A stretch of DNA of 64,000 bases from Vicugna vicugna. Taxonomy: Eukaryota. Below, in pieces: positions 23,775 to 35,938 of the stretch. The position numbers were made by a program, and so were the translations under genes. Each line of letters begins with the position of its first letter. Positions within the stretch are counted from its first letter, which is position 1. The stretch covers positions 1,364,001 to 1,428,000 of the forward strand of contig MU061506.1 in assembly GCA_013265495.1 (NCBI GenBank). The letters run 5' to 3'. The notes below the pieces were generated by a model. That model searched no databases. It had not been told where the DNA came from and saw only the letters and a program-made list of their open reading frames with translations.

Positions 23775-24200
23775 TTTTATTTTCCTCACAATCTGAGCCT
23801 GAGACAAGGATTTCGTTACGAGTCATTTATTTAGGATGCAGTCTCAGGAATCAAGGTGAGCGAATGGAGAGGAGAGATAGGGAAAGGAGGAAAGCCATTA
23901 GTGGATGTCAAAATGACGAGGCTACCACTGTGACGTCTAGGGCTCAATCTGGAATGGGATTCACTGGGAGACACAGAATATAACATAGAGTTGCCCTACC
24001 AAGTGTGAGGAATCTGGAGTATTCATCCATGCACTCTACTCTTCATCCACTGGGCGTATCGTCTACAGCATTAATTCCCCAGAACTAATCGCTTGACCTA
24101 AACTAAAAGCACTCTCATGAGAGAAAGCCTTTTACCGGAGAAACAGAGGAAATATTAACAAATAGAGCAGCCATGTGTAAGTGGTCCCTTAGGTGGGCCC
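23775..24200 (-). mobile_element. ERVL LTR (LTR33-like)
   Basis: gagcctgagacaaggatttcgttacgagtcatttatttaggatgcagtctcaggaa...gggaaaggaggaaagcc matches the recalled LTR33 antisense start. Confidence 0.7.
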
Positions 24201-25074
24201 AGTTTTACAGTGCTAGAGAGAGGATCAGAGTTTTGTTTTTTTTTTACTTAGTGTGAAACCAGCTTATTCTATCTGGGAGGCATCAGTGGAGACCCTTTTG
24301 AGGAGGGTGTGAAATTTAAGTCATTAGGGTTTTTTTCCTTGTCATCTCCTTCAATGAGTCTGCCTCCATGGTATATCTGAAACATGCCCAAACTATATCA
24401 CCCATGATGGAATTCCACTGCCTGCTGAGAAGTTTAGCTTTTAAAAATCTGGAGTGTCCTAATTGTAGTCAACTGGTTTCCTCTGAATGCCTGTGGGCTT
24501 GGGAAAGCAAACTGTGTGGTTGTTATTTGTCCTCCCTGGGTTATACAGTATCAAGAAACAAGGCCTATCTTCCAAAGCTTCAGTCTCTTTTGTTGCTCCA
24601 GATTGCAAATGACATCCTTGTGTGGGATGCATTAAACTCCTTTGTGTCCTGGTATCAGCCGGGGGCCTGCTCAGCATACACCCTGGCAGCTCTCATTGTG
24701 AGGAATAATAGGCAACATGTTTCCTTAAGATTTGTTATCTTTTCTCACTCGGCCCCAGCCAACGTGTCTGCTGGGCATTTTCTGGGCCCTGCTTTGGTGC
24801 AGTAATGGGGAAGGCGAGATAGCAGAGCTGCGTTTGTTAGGGGATTCCAGCAGCAAGCCTAACATCTGCTGGGTATTCTGTAACTTTCTTTGAACATAAT
24901 TAAATACAATCACCAGCCTCCCCCTTGGCCTCCCACCATAGACTCCATTAGAAAAGGAGAAGAAACTGACATCAAACCTACCTGGAAAATGCTGAACAAT
25001 GAAACTAATTCAACCTCAATTTACCCACCCATTTCTGCTGAGGAAGCATTTGAATCACTACTGTCCTGAAAATA

Positions 25075-25260
25075 TTTTTTGCTTTTCTTCTTTTTTTCCT
25101 TCCCTCTTCCTTCCTTTTCTCCCTTCTCCCTCCACCCCTTACTCTTTCTTCTTTCTTTCATTTCGTGTGGGGTGGGGCGGGTTACATGTTTCAGAAATCC
25201 TTACAGTGTCTCTCTGTCTCTCTCTCCCTCTCCTCTCTTCTCTCCCTTTCTTTCATCCTT
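25075..25260. repeat. Polypyrimidine low-complexity tract
   Basis: Directly visible C/T-rich tract. Confidence 0.85.
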
Positions 25261-25344
25261 TAAAAAAATATATATTTATTCAGTACATCCCAGTGCTCAA
25301 GCAAGACATAACCTGCCTTTATGAGTTTAAAGTTATCATTTAAA

Positions 25345-25555
25345 ATAAGTTCAGAAACACAGAACCATGGTTGGTGGGAAAAGCATTGACTTTGGAATCA
25401 GATGTACCTGCGTATAAATACTTCTCAACTATTCCCTAATGAGTTCACTTACCCGGGCCTCCTTTCCTCATGTGTAAAATGCCAAATGTTACTTTTTTAA
25501 ACTCACAAGGGTGTTGTGATGTATAGCAGTTAATAAAGCATAGCACATAATACAA
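25345..25555 (+). mobile_element. MIR SINE
   Basis: gcattgactttggaatcagat...cctcctttcctcatgtgtaaaatg core. Confidence 0.75.
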
Positions 25556-26161
25556 CACATTATAGCTTTTCTTTTTTCTACTTATCTCAGGGCAAGTCCC
25601 TTTGTTTTTTGGAAAGAGTTAGACACTCCGTTTTCTGAATAAATGAGGGGAGGGATGTTGAAAGAATACATGATTATCTGTGGGCAGAATAATATAGCCC
25701 TATGTTCATAGAAACATGACATTTCAGAGTCAGAAGAGACTTTTACCCTATATAGATGAGAAAATAAACATTAACCAGTGTACCTCAAGTCATACACTCA
25801 TTGAGGGTTGAGAGTTGGCTGAATCTCAAGTCTCATGACTTTTCTCCCAGTCCTCCTTCAACTCATTGCTCTAGAGTCAATCTGAGAATATAGGCAACTG
25901 GTCTAAAGTGGAAATGGAGACTCTGTTCCAATCTCTCTCACATCAGCATGTATCTGCTACTAGATTCATGTTCTTTTTAAAAAAATGTTTGAAATACAAT
26001 TATTACATTTTTGTGGTAGAGAACACTGATTGCTCATAGAGCAGTCATCCTCATTCTCTTCTTTTCTGAAATAGCCTTCATTCCACATAAAAGCTGAAGA
26101 TGATGGCTGCTTCCTTCCCCAGGCTCTCCAAATCTAGGACATGGCTATGAAATTGACACCA

Positions 26162-26201
26162 GCTGATGGTACATGAGGGGACGGCTGATGGTGCATGAGG
26201 G
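26162..26201. repeat. Short tandem duplication (18-bp core, 22-bp period)
   Basis: gctgatggtacatgaggg at 26162-26179 and gctgatggtgcatgaggg at 26184-26201. Confidence 0.9.
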
Positions 26202-26269
26202 AATGTGTTCTGTTACTTACAACTTACCAGCTGTTCATTAAAAAGGATAAGCAAAAATGATGAAAAAAA

Positions 26270-26600
26270 AAACCCTGTGTATGATACTGCTATATTGTTA
26301 TATTTGTTTGCATGTCTTAGCATACAAGCATATCTATGTGAGCTCATGCATGTACATACACATACATGCATGGTCACCTGTAAGTAATATTCTTCTTTTT
26401 CCTATGGTATTACCAATTTCCCATACAATTTAAAATTCTTCTGCACCATTACTTTGGCTACACGATGGTCTAACTTATGACTAAATGGATGTTTATTTAA
26501 GCAACTCCCTATTGTTGATCATTTAGCTTATTTCCAACACTATACTATAAACAGCATTTTCATGACTATCCATGAAACTAGAGTTATCTTTCTTTTCCAC
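26270..26600 (-). mobile_element. L1ME 3' fragment
   Basis: ttatttaagcaactccctattgttgatcatttagcttatttccaacac pattern. Confidence 0.55.
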
Positions 26601-28383
26601 AGCACGTTATTTTTCTCAAAATGGCATTTATAATGGCATTACTTTACTGAAAAGCCTAGAATAACATCACTTTTGTATAGTTTTATACTTCTCATAGTGC
26701 TTTAATATTCAATGTCTCTTTTGACCTTCACAATGATCTTTTGAAGACGATTGGATAACTGTTATTAATTCTATTTTTTGATGAGAAAACAAAGGATTAC
26801 AGTTTTATTTGCTTTCTTAAGAACTAAGCCAGTATGTAGCATGCCATTAGAAGCTTTTTTGACTCTAAAGTCTAGTATCTCATATCTTTCTTTTCTTCTT
26901 ATCTTCCTGTCTGTCTGTTTGCTTCTCTCTTCTTCTGCTGACAGAAGGCAGTATCTCTGTCCTTTAGTTGCTTATAATTCTCTGGGGAGAGAAAGGCAAG
27001 TAAATCGACATTTATATTATCTTGTGAAAAAAGTGCAACTATGAGAAAATGAAGGAGGGGCTCTTAAATCAACAGCAATACTATGAAAAGCTTCTTAGTA
27101 AAGGTAAAATTTAAGGAGAGCTACTCCATATTAGTTTATATTTCTCACTGAAGTGTTTAAAGTTCCCTCTAATCAATTATAACCTCACTTTATCTCAACT
27201 TCTTTGGAATTACAATATTCCATTCAAATAAGGCAGAGTCCCTCCTTGTCTTTGGCCATCAACGCTGCCCTTACTCTTAATTCCTTGACCATACCGCTCC
27301 TCCTCCGTTATGTATACAACCTGGTGTTTTATGAGTGCTTATCCAACTTAATATAATCTCCCCAAACCTCTCTCTCTAAATCTTAATCATCACGTGAAAC
27401 CTGGCTCAAGGTTTATGTCTTTCATGAAACCAGAATCAACTCTCACGGCTGTGCCTGAGAAATACAGAATTCTCATGTAGTTGGAGAAGATTATAACCTT
27501 TATTTTATAAAATTTTCCATCCTCTACAGTTTAAGAAACACTAGATTGTCTACTGGTATCAGTTACTGCACCTTGGGCCAGGGCTACAAATATACATAGG
27601 ATATAGTCACTCCTAAGAGAAGGTCATTATGATAGTCTGAGGATGCGGGATGGTACCTGAGGAATGAGTGTCCATCATTTGTGTCCCTTTTTCTTCCTTT
27701 GTACAGAGTTCTGTCTTTGTAGCTTTCGGATACAGGTGAGTATTAAACGATAATGGTCTTGCTGCTGAATTTTCTTCATCCTCTCAGAAGCTTAGCAGAG
27801 CTTCGCAAATATGACAAAATATTAGAAGGCTGAAGAGATGCCACCCAGAGAGGAGACTGGACAAATCTGATACAAAAAGAGGCTGCCTGAGAAGGTGTTG
27901 ATGGACAGAGAAATCCATTCAATGGGCTTTGCCTGTGGAAGACAGAGGTCTCTGATAATGCTTGGCAACATTGCTTTTGGAAATCGTATTTAGCTTTATG
28001 TCAATAGACTTCACTGTAATTAACATCAATCAAAGCGTTCAGGGGAATTCGGGAACTTTACCTTCTTGGCATGAAATCAATGCAATAGAGAAAAGACATT
28101 TTGGTTGACAACTAAGCCGTAGCCCTAGAAATATCACTCAAAGAAGTCAAGATTTTTGGCACTGAAAACACAAGTACTTAAATATATCGCTGAGAGCAAT
28201 TTCCGTACACTGGATCTAAGTTGCCAGATCGTGACGGACAGCCAAAAGATAGGCAAGTTAGGCAGGCCACTAAAGGTTAAGTGAGCAAATACAAATTTAA
28301 AAATTGTCTACAGAAATACGTTGCTTTCTGGAGGATCTGACCAGTCCACACAGAGAAATTCATTTAATTTTATAGTAAATAAT

Positions 28384-28962
28384 TATATTAGTTATCTATT
28401 GTTGCCAAAAAAATTACCACAAATTTAGAGGATTAAAACAAGGCACATTTATTATCTCAAAGTTTCTGTGGATCAGGATTCTGGACGCAGGTTACCTGGC
28501 TTCCTGCAAGGCTGTAATCAAGGTGTCAACTGGGCTGCATTCTTATCCGGAGGAATGACTGGGGAAGAATCCACTTCTGCTGTGTGAAGAAGTTAACAGG
28601 TTTTTGGCAGAATGTATTTCCTTCTTGTAGGATAGATGGCCCTTGTTTCTGGCTGGCTGTCAGCTGGAGGCTGTCCTCAGTTCCTAGAGGCTGCTCATGG
28701 TTCCTTGATATGTGGGTTTTTCTAACATAGACCCTTAATTTGTCAAGCTAGCAAGGAGAATCTCTAGACCCAGTTGACTGGTAAAGTAGATCATATATTT
28801 TAGTATAATCACAGGAGTGATGTCAGATTTATCCCCTTTGCCATTTTTATTGATCAGAAGCAAATCACAGGTCCCTCTCACAGTCAGTGAGAGGAGATTG
28901 TGCAAAGCTGTAACCACCAGGGGACAGAGATCCCGGGTATCACCTTAAATGTGTCTGCCACT
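28384..28962 (-). mobile_element. MaLR solo LTR (MLT1E/F/G-like)
   Basis: tatattagttatctattgttgcc...aattaccacaaatttagaggattaaaacaa...tttattatctcaaagtttctgtggatcagga antisense MLT1 start; ends gtctgccac. Confidence 0.85.
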
Positions 28963-30299
28963 TCATATGAGGAATAAAAAATTCATAATTGTGTATGGAT
29001 ACACTGAGCTCAAAACCCAGGCATCATCTTTAAATCTATACCTTTCCTCTGAAACTACTGCCACTGTTTCCTAATTGGTCTCTTAGCCCCTAATTTTACT
29101 TCTAAAAATCATCTCCAGGGAACAAGGTTTATTTAAAATCCAATTTTAACATGTCACATACTTGCTGGTTGCTCTTCCCCACCCCTGCAAATCCCTGCTC
29201 CCCCTTCAGGTTCTATCCAGAATCTTTAGAATAGAACTATTGTATGGGTAGGGTACCTCTCTTCAGTTTTACTTCTAGTCTCTTCAGCTCTGCTTCCTAT
29301 CACACTTGTGGTCATTTCCCTGCAGTCAGTGTGCGGTTTCTCCCCTTAGTCTCTGCATGTGGTCACCACTTTTTCTCAAATAACTGCCTTACCTTCTCTG
29401 GCACTTCCTTCACTTAGAAAATTCTAACTTGTCCTTTAAGAAAATACTTTTGTCACCCGTAAGAAGGCCTCTCTATCATTTCCTTGAAGACTTTCTCAAA
29501 ATTTTTAATACTCTTTGCATATCTGAGCAATTCAGTACCAACTCACTATATTATGTTGGTCATTTTGCTTTTATATCTCCTCCAACTTGACTCTGGACTA
29601 ATTCAGGGGAGAATTATGTTTTGCTCACTTTTAAATTCCTAACATTAGCATTTTATGATGTCATTTGAACGAATGGATGAATTAACAAAATAGTCCTTGA
29701 CAGTAAATATATGATGTCAATTTTGGCTACAAGTGGTTTTTTTTTTTTTTTTGAATACACATCTTTCTTTCAATATCAATGTGTTGTAATTTTAGTAGTA
29801 GTATTTTTTCCACTTTATTTGGTGTTTGAATTTCACCTATTGTTTTAGAAAGAATGTAAAAAGTTTATGAGCATTAGATTTTTGAGATATGAATTGCTAA
29901 TATTCTCCCTTAATTTATCTATCACTTCATTTTTGCCTATTATGTTTGGAACTAGTTTATAAGCTAAATTTTTATGAAGGTAAATATTTTCTTTCGAATG
30001 TTTCTATGATGTTATCGTCTCTGATTGACATAGAAAATTAAACTATTCATATGCCAAAGTGGAGGAGAGTAATTTACTTTTTTTTGGTTAACACTGGTAA
30101 CATAATCAGAACAGACACATAAAACTTAGTAGTTTAAGTAAACATCTATCTCACAATGCCTTGCACACATCAGGTGTTCAGTAAATATTGTGTCCCACCA
30201 TGATTTTTGCTCACACACAATAGCCGTACCAACTTATCCATTCACATATTTTTAATTCAGAAACTGATCATGTTTAGAGATTTTCTCAAACTATTTTGT

Positions 30300-30710
30300 C
30301 TTTCAACATATATGGCTTAAAACATAACAACAAAAATTAATCATGTCTCACTATTCAGTGGGATGAGTTTGCTATGTGGTTCTTCTACTGGGGTCACCTG
30401 GAGGTTACATATGTGACTTCAGCCATCTGTTGATTACCAGGAGCTGAATGGTCCACAAGGAAGCTTTACTCATATGTCTGGTGATCGGTGCTGACTGATG
30501 TCTGGCTTCTCTCATGGTCTCAGTGTTCCAAGAATGAAAGTGCAAAACTTACAAGGCCTCCTGATGCCCTTCTCAGAAGTTGCACAAAATCACTGACACT
30601 GTATTCTACTGGTCAAAGCATATTGCAGGGCCAATCTCAAGTCAAAGTCTGGGAAAAGAGACTTGTCATGAGGAGCTGCAGAGAACTTGAGGCCAATTTT
30701 AATCCACCAA
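30300..30710 (-). mobile_element. MaLR LTR (MLT1H/J-like)
   Basis: ggcttaaaacataacaac...tattctactggtcaaagcatattgcagggcc...tttaatccaccaa. Confidence 0.7.
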
Positions 30711-31847
30711 ATTTTCGTAGCTGGATTTGAGACTAAGTCCTAAAGGGTTTCTCTTCAGTCATATGAACAAGTATCCGAATCTGAGGAGCTTAAACACAGC
30801 CCTGAGTGAGCCAAGGAAACTCTTTAAAAAGAGAATATTCTCTGTTCATTAATCATTATTAAAATATTTTGTTGTGTTAGGTCCACCCCACACATATGAG
30901 GACCACTTGGAAATCTGCTTAGCTTTTATACCCCACCAACCCGGTTTCTTTTTTAAACTCCCAACTATGTAGAGCTATATATGTATTCATAGACATGGAA
31001 ATATATAAACATGTGTATTATTTACATATAAGCATGCTGTTATTCACAAACTGTATATAAATGTATCTCCATAGTTAAAAATATTTCAAAGTCTCAGTCC
31101 AACTCCTTTATTGTGATTACATAAGAGGGGAAAGTAATTTATATAAATATAGCCTTAAAAGCCTTTCAAAAATACCCTATAGCATGTTTTTGGGCTTTTC
31201 CTGTCATTTGTTGATATGATGTGTGTGATAAAGACCACACAGGATTTATATCTATATATTTTTTAAAATCACAGAAAAAAAAGGAAAAGTCGAAAATTTT
31301 TTTTCCCAAAGTGCCACATTATGTGATTTTTCACTGTTTGGTAGATTAGCAAAAACATGAAGGGTGTCTTTCGGTAAAAGCAGCACAGATCAGAATGGAA
31401 AGGCTGTAAGATCTATGATTCATTTTTTGGAAACTTCAGTACATACATTGCTAAACCTTTATAGTTTGAACTGACGCTGGTCCTATATCTGTCTTATTTC
31501 AACTTCATGTATCTTTAAGTGTGGCCTCAAAATACTTTGATCTGCATTTATTTCAATTCTTGAGAGGGAAGTTGGCAATCCTTTTAGGTCAGAGATAATT
31601 GTAAGTTATAATGAGATATAGAATGATATTAACAGGAGATTAACAAAGAACAGACTGTTCTTTATAATGCAATCCTTAACTTAAAAAGCATCCAGAAAGG
31701 AAGTTTTAAAGAATAATGTGATAAGTAAATCAATGAATTCTGAGTTGTAGGTATCTGTGAAATGTCAACATATCCATATCCATATCGACATATCTACACA
31801 TGTCAATATATCACAGATTAGTGTGTTGATTCCTCCAGTTTCTAGGA

Positions 31848-32068
31848 CAGCAGTTGACAAATTATGGCCTGTGCTCCAGATCCAGCTCACCTTCTGGTTT
31901 TGTAAATAAAGTTTTATTGGAACGCATTCACTTGTTAATGTTTTTTTCTACTGCTGTTTTTGAACTACAGTGGCAAAACTGAGTAGTCTTGACAGAGATC
32001 ATGTATCTGGCACAACCTCAACAATTTACTATCTGCCTCTGTACAGAAAAGTTTGCAGATTTCCTCTG
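31848..32068 (+). mobile_element. MER58A hAT-Charlie MITE, full length
   Basis: cagcagttgacaaattatggcc...tttgtaaataaagttttattggaac...tacagaaaagtttgcagatttcctctg; CTAGG-containing target remnants on both sides. Confidence 0.88.
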
Positions 32069-32114
32069 GCTAGGTGAATAAGGACAAAAAGTTGCAAGCC
32101 AATATTTTTACCAG

Positions 32115-32300
32115 ATCATCATCAAAAGTTTTGAGTTTGAATTTGGTTGGCTCTCTGCTAGCGTGCAATTCTAGACAAGCTATTTAACCTTGGATTCATC
32201 TGTTTCCAAAGTCTCTCTGCTACTTTATCTCTGACCTTAAAATGAAAGTTGAGGAACATTCTGGAACAACTTTCTGCACTATAAACATGTAGTACATGTG
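32115..32300 (+). mobile_element. MIR SINE
   Basis: agacaagctatttaaccttggattcatctgtttcc core. Confidence 0.6.
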
Positions 32301-32455
32301 TGAATTACTATCAATTATAGCAAACCTTTAGTACTGTTGACCAAAATATTTTTATTTCTTCAGCCTTTCGTAAGCTTTGTAAAACTGCAGCTCCCTGTCT
32401 TTTCAGAGTAAGGAATGGATGCAAAGCTTGGTTTTGCCAATGAAATAGGAATCAA

Positions 32456-32587
32456 GGGGGAGTAGGTATAGCTCAGTGGTACAGCACATGCTTAGCGTGC
32501 ATGAGGTCCTGGGTTCAATCCCCAGTACCTCCATTGAAAAATAAATTAAAAAAGAAAAAAATCAAGGATTTCTAACCCCCTAAAGAA
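32456..32587 (+). mobile_element. Vic-1-type camelid tRNA-Ala-derived SINE
   Basis: A box TAGCTCAGTGG 32469-32479, B box GGTTCAATCC 32512-32521, A-rich tail, perfect 14-bp TSD GAAATAGGAATCAA (32442-32455 and 32588-32601). Confidence 0.92.
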
Positions 32588-32689
32588 GAAATAGGAATCA
32601 AAGTGTCACTGTGTCACTTTGAAGGAGAAGTCATTTGGTAGGATCTTGGAACATATTAACTAAAGATGAAGAAAATCCAAATTAGGTAT

Positions 32690-32865
32690 TAACTTTAGTT
32701 AATAATAATGGACGAATATTGGTTTATTAGTTGTGGCAAATGTATCATACTCAGGTACAATGTTAACAACAGGGAAAACTAGGTGTAGGCTTTATGTGAA
32801 CTCTGTCCTATCTTTGCAAGTTTTCTGCAAATACAAAATTATTCTAAAATACAAAGTTTTTTGAA
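32690..32865 (+). mobile_element. L1MB-type 3' end
   Basis: aaatgtatcatactc...aatgttaacaacagggaaaact...tatgtgaactctgtcctatctttgcaagttttctgcaaat...attattctaaaatacaaagtt. Confidence 0.8.
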
Positions 32866-33089
32866 AAGATTATCTTGACAGGAATTCTTAGGGACTCATA
32901 CATTTTCTCAATAAGCAGGGCTTTCAGGGTCATGCCAAGGTTTAGAATAAAATGTTTCCTTTGCTGATCACACATGTGTTAGCTTTACTAATTTATTCAA
33001 ATGCATTAATTCAACCAAACAAACGCATATTGTTAAATAGCTGCCTTATTATAAACCACATACCAAACATTATGCCAGGCACAAGAGAT

Positions 33090-33131
33090 AGGTTGATGAA
33101 CGTTTCACAGAGGTTGATGAACATTTCACAG
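33090..33131. repeat. 21-bp tandem duplication inside an L2 remnant
   Basis: aggttgatgaacgtttcacag / aggttgatgaacatttcacag (1 mismatch). Confidence 0.92.
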
Positions 33132-33968
33132 AATTTAATCAAATGTTATCTTTTCTCTTTATTTAGAAAAAAATGATCCTTGGTTCGATCTAAATTGTAT
33201 TTTTTCTTTTTCACTGTCACTACTATAAAATATTTAGAGAGCAAAATCCTCAGTTTTTAAAGGGTATACCAATTGGTTTCAGACATCTCTGTTAACAAGA
33301 ATATTTCTTAGATTTCCTTCCTGCCAAAAGGCATGGATATAAACTTCACCCGGCCATCCTGGCTCAAAAGCAGAACAGAGAGATCATTGTTAAGAGATGA
33401 AGATGTAATGCAGAAAGAGAGAGAGCAGAACACTGAAGCCGACACAAGTCGATGCAATTCCCTGGTGATGAGTAATTGGCAGCAGACATGTTGCTGAATG
33501 TACTGAAGACAGAGAGAACTTTCTTAAACTTAGTGAGTTTTAAACAAAGACCCCAGAGTAGTTAAAGACAAAGAATGAAGACTGAACTTCAAATGATTGC
33601 AAGCTAAGGGATTATGTATTCTCTGTAATCCCTGATGTGTGCTCTAACACATAAAAACAGCTCTGGCAGTGCAAAAGCAACTGAGACATAAAGAAATGCA
33701 GCAGAATGTGCGAAGTAGAGGAAGATAACAGGGCTACAGTCCTTACCGCTGACAAATTTGAAACTGTTACTACTCTGTATCATTTATATTCTATTTTATG
33801 AACACATATACACACACAGATTAACCCCATAGTAGACTTTTTAAAAATCTCAATTCATAGGGTTAAATTTAGTTAATCTAAAGAAAAAAAATCTCCCCAT
33901 GAAACATTCTGAATATACACAGGCTATTTGGAACTTATCTGATAGTTTCTTTTAAAGTTGTCATCTAA

Positions 33969-34108
33969 GCACAGGGAACTATATTCAATATCTTGTAGTA
34001 ACATATAAGGAAGAAGAGTATGAAAATGAATATATATGCATGGTTGAAACTATATGCTGTATACCAGAAATTGACACATTGTAAACTGACTATACTTCAA
34101 TAAGAAAA
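33969..34108 (+). mobile_element. 5'-truncated artiodactyl-type L1 3' end
   Basis: gcacagggaactatattcaatatcttgtagtaac...tgtaaactgactatacttcaataagaaaa; degenerate TSD aaagttgtcatctaag / aaaatgtcacttaag. Confidence 0.85.
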
Positions 34109-34124
34109 TGTCACTTAAGATTTG

Positions 34125-34300
34125 CCAGATAATGTGCTATGTGGCTTTGTATGCATTCTCACAACAGCACCAAGGGTTTGGAATTACTATTCCCATTTAC
34201 AAATGAGAATTCTAGTTCATGTAAGCAGATGAAACTGCCAAAGAGAATGTAGCAAATTAGCATTGGACCCAGATTCCAACCCATCTTCCTAACAGGTCCA
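34125..34300 (-). mobile_element. MIR SINE
   Basis: attactattcccatttacaaatgagaat core. Confidence 0.65.
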
Positions 34301-35622
34301 ACCCAAATTCTGATTATCAGAGTAGGCAACATTAATTATGATCCCCTTACCTCTTATAGAATCTACTTTAGCCAGAGTTGTACCTGTGTGTTATACTGAA
34401 TGAATATGTGTAATTCTCATCAGTGAAACTGATTGGGATGAGCTGGTTAGAAACAGAAGAAGGGGGAGTCTGATTATTTGCCATGGTTTCTCATGAAATA
34501 CTAGTATTTTTAACCTGGAATGCATGGAATGGGGCTGAGTGGGCTGACCGGATGGCTGGGCCAAAAGAGAACTTTCTCAAGAGGTAGCAAGTACAACTGA
34601 GTTAGCGGAGTGGTGTTCACATCACCCACTAGGATATATATATCTTATCGTCCCACTCTACTACTTGTGTTGTCCTTTCTCTTCTCCAGCTTACTGATTT
34701 GGGGGGCATTTTTATATTGAAGTAGATTAAAAACTAAAAACCATATGGGACACATTTGAATGGTTAAATAATGATAATAAAACAAATACCCATGTAGCCA
34801 ATACCAAACCGACAACCGTGTAGCCATCAAGCCATCTTTGCCATCTCGTTTCCTCCCTGCAGGAGGTAGCCTCAATCCTGAATTTTGTCTCAATCATTTC
34901 CTTGCTTTTCTCTGTAGTGTTACCACCTATTTACGTAAAATTATTTAGTTTTGGTTGATTTTGACCCTTTATGCAAATAAAATGGATACACTTATTTTAG
35001 CCATAGTATGTTTTTGAGATTCACTGCCACTAATAATGGATGGATTCTTGTTTCCTGTGATTACTATTTCATTTAATGAATGATTGATTGGTTTATTTCC
35101 TCATCTAGCTGAGCTGCGCATTTAGGATTTGTTCCAGTATTTTACTAAAACTGACACTGTTGCTGTGAATACTCTGGAGCCTGACTCCTGATCCAGGGCA
35201 CACGTGAAAGTTTACCCAGGATACTCACCAAAAACAGAACAGCTATGTATCATGGCCTGAACATGTTTAAATTTAATAGGTAATCCCGCCTTTCCCCAAA
35301 AATAGTTATACCAATTTAAGCCCCCACTAGCAGTAAAACAGTTCCCCATTGCTCCATATCCTCATCAACATTTTCTATAATCCAGCTGCATAATTTTACC
35401 AAATTGTGTGGAATACTGGCTTAGTGGTTTAAATTTGTATTTCTCTGATTATACAATTGAGCAAAATTCTATATGTTTATGGTCATTTGTGTTTCTATTT
35501 CAAAGGAGTGCCCATTTATGTTTTTTTATTTTATTTTCATTTCTTTCTCACAAACAAAAATTCTTTGTATATTCTGGACAGAAGCTCTCTGTCAACTGTG
35601 TGCATTGAAAGCATCTTCTTCC

Positions 35623-35797
35623 GGGGGAGGATATAGCTCAGTGGTAGAGTGAGTCCTTAGCAAGCAGGAGGTCCCGGGTTCAATCCCCAGTATCTCCATT
35701 AAAAGCAAGCAAATAAACCTAATTACCCTGTCCCCAAAAGAATAAAAATAAATGGAATGATAAAAAATAAGTAAAATAAAAAGAGCAAAAAGTAAAA
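35623..35797 (+). mobile_element. Vic-1-type SINE (first unit of dimer)
   Basis: gggggaggatatagctcagtggtagag...gggttcaatccccagtatctccattaaaa...aaataaacctaattacc plus a long A-rich tail. Confidence 0.92.
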
Positions 35798-35799
35798 GT

Positions 35800-35938
35800 G
35801 GGGGTAGGGTATTGCTAAGTGGTAGAGTGCCTGCTTAGCATGCACGAGGTCCTGGGTTCAATTCCCAGTATCTACATTAAAAAATAAACCTAATTACTGC
35901 CCCCCACTAAAAATTGAAAAATTAAAAACTTAAAAAAA
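35800..35938 (+). mobile_element. Vic-1-type SINE (second unit of dimer)
   Basis: gggggtagggtattgctaagtggtagagtgcctgcttagcatgcacgaggtcctgggttcaattcccagtatctacattaaaaaataaacctaattactgcccccc plus A tail. Confidence 0.92.

Noticed and set aside
24368-24805. 145-aa ATG-initiated ORF
   Set aside because: No recognisable homology or motif; composition looks like noncoding DNA. BLASTp or PhyloCSF would be needed to revive it.
32456-35938. Three tRNA-Ala-like sequences as possible tRNA genes
   Set aside because: Mutated stems, A-rich tails, the shared AAACCTAATTAC tail motif in two copies, and TSDs mark them as SINEs.
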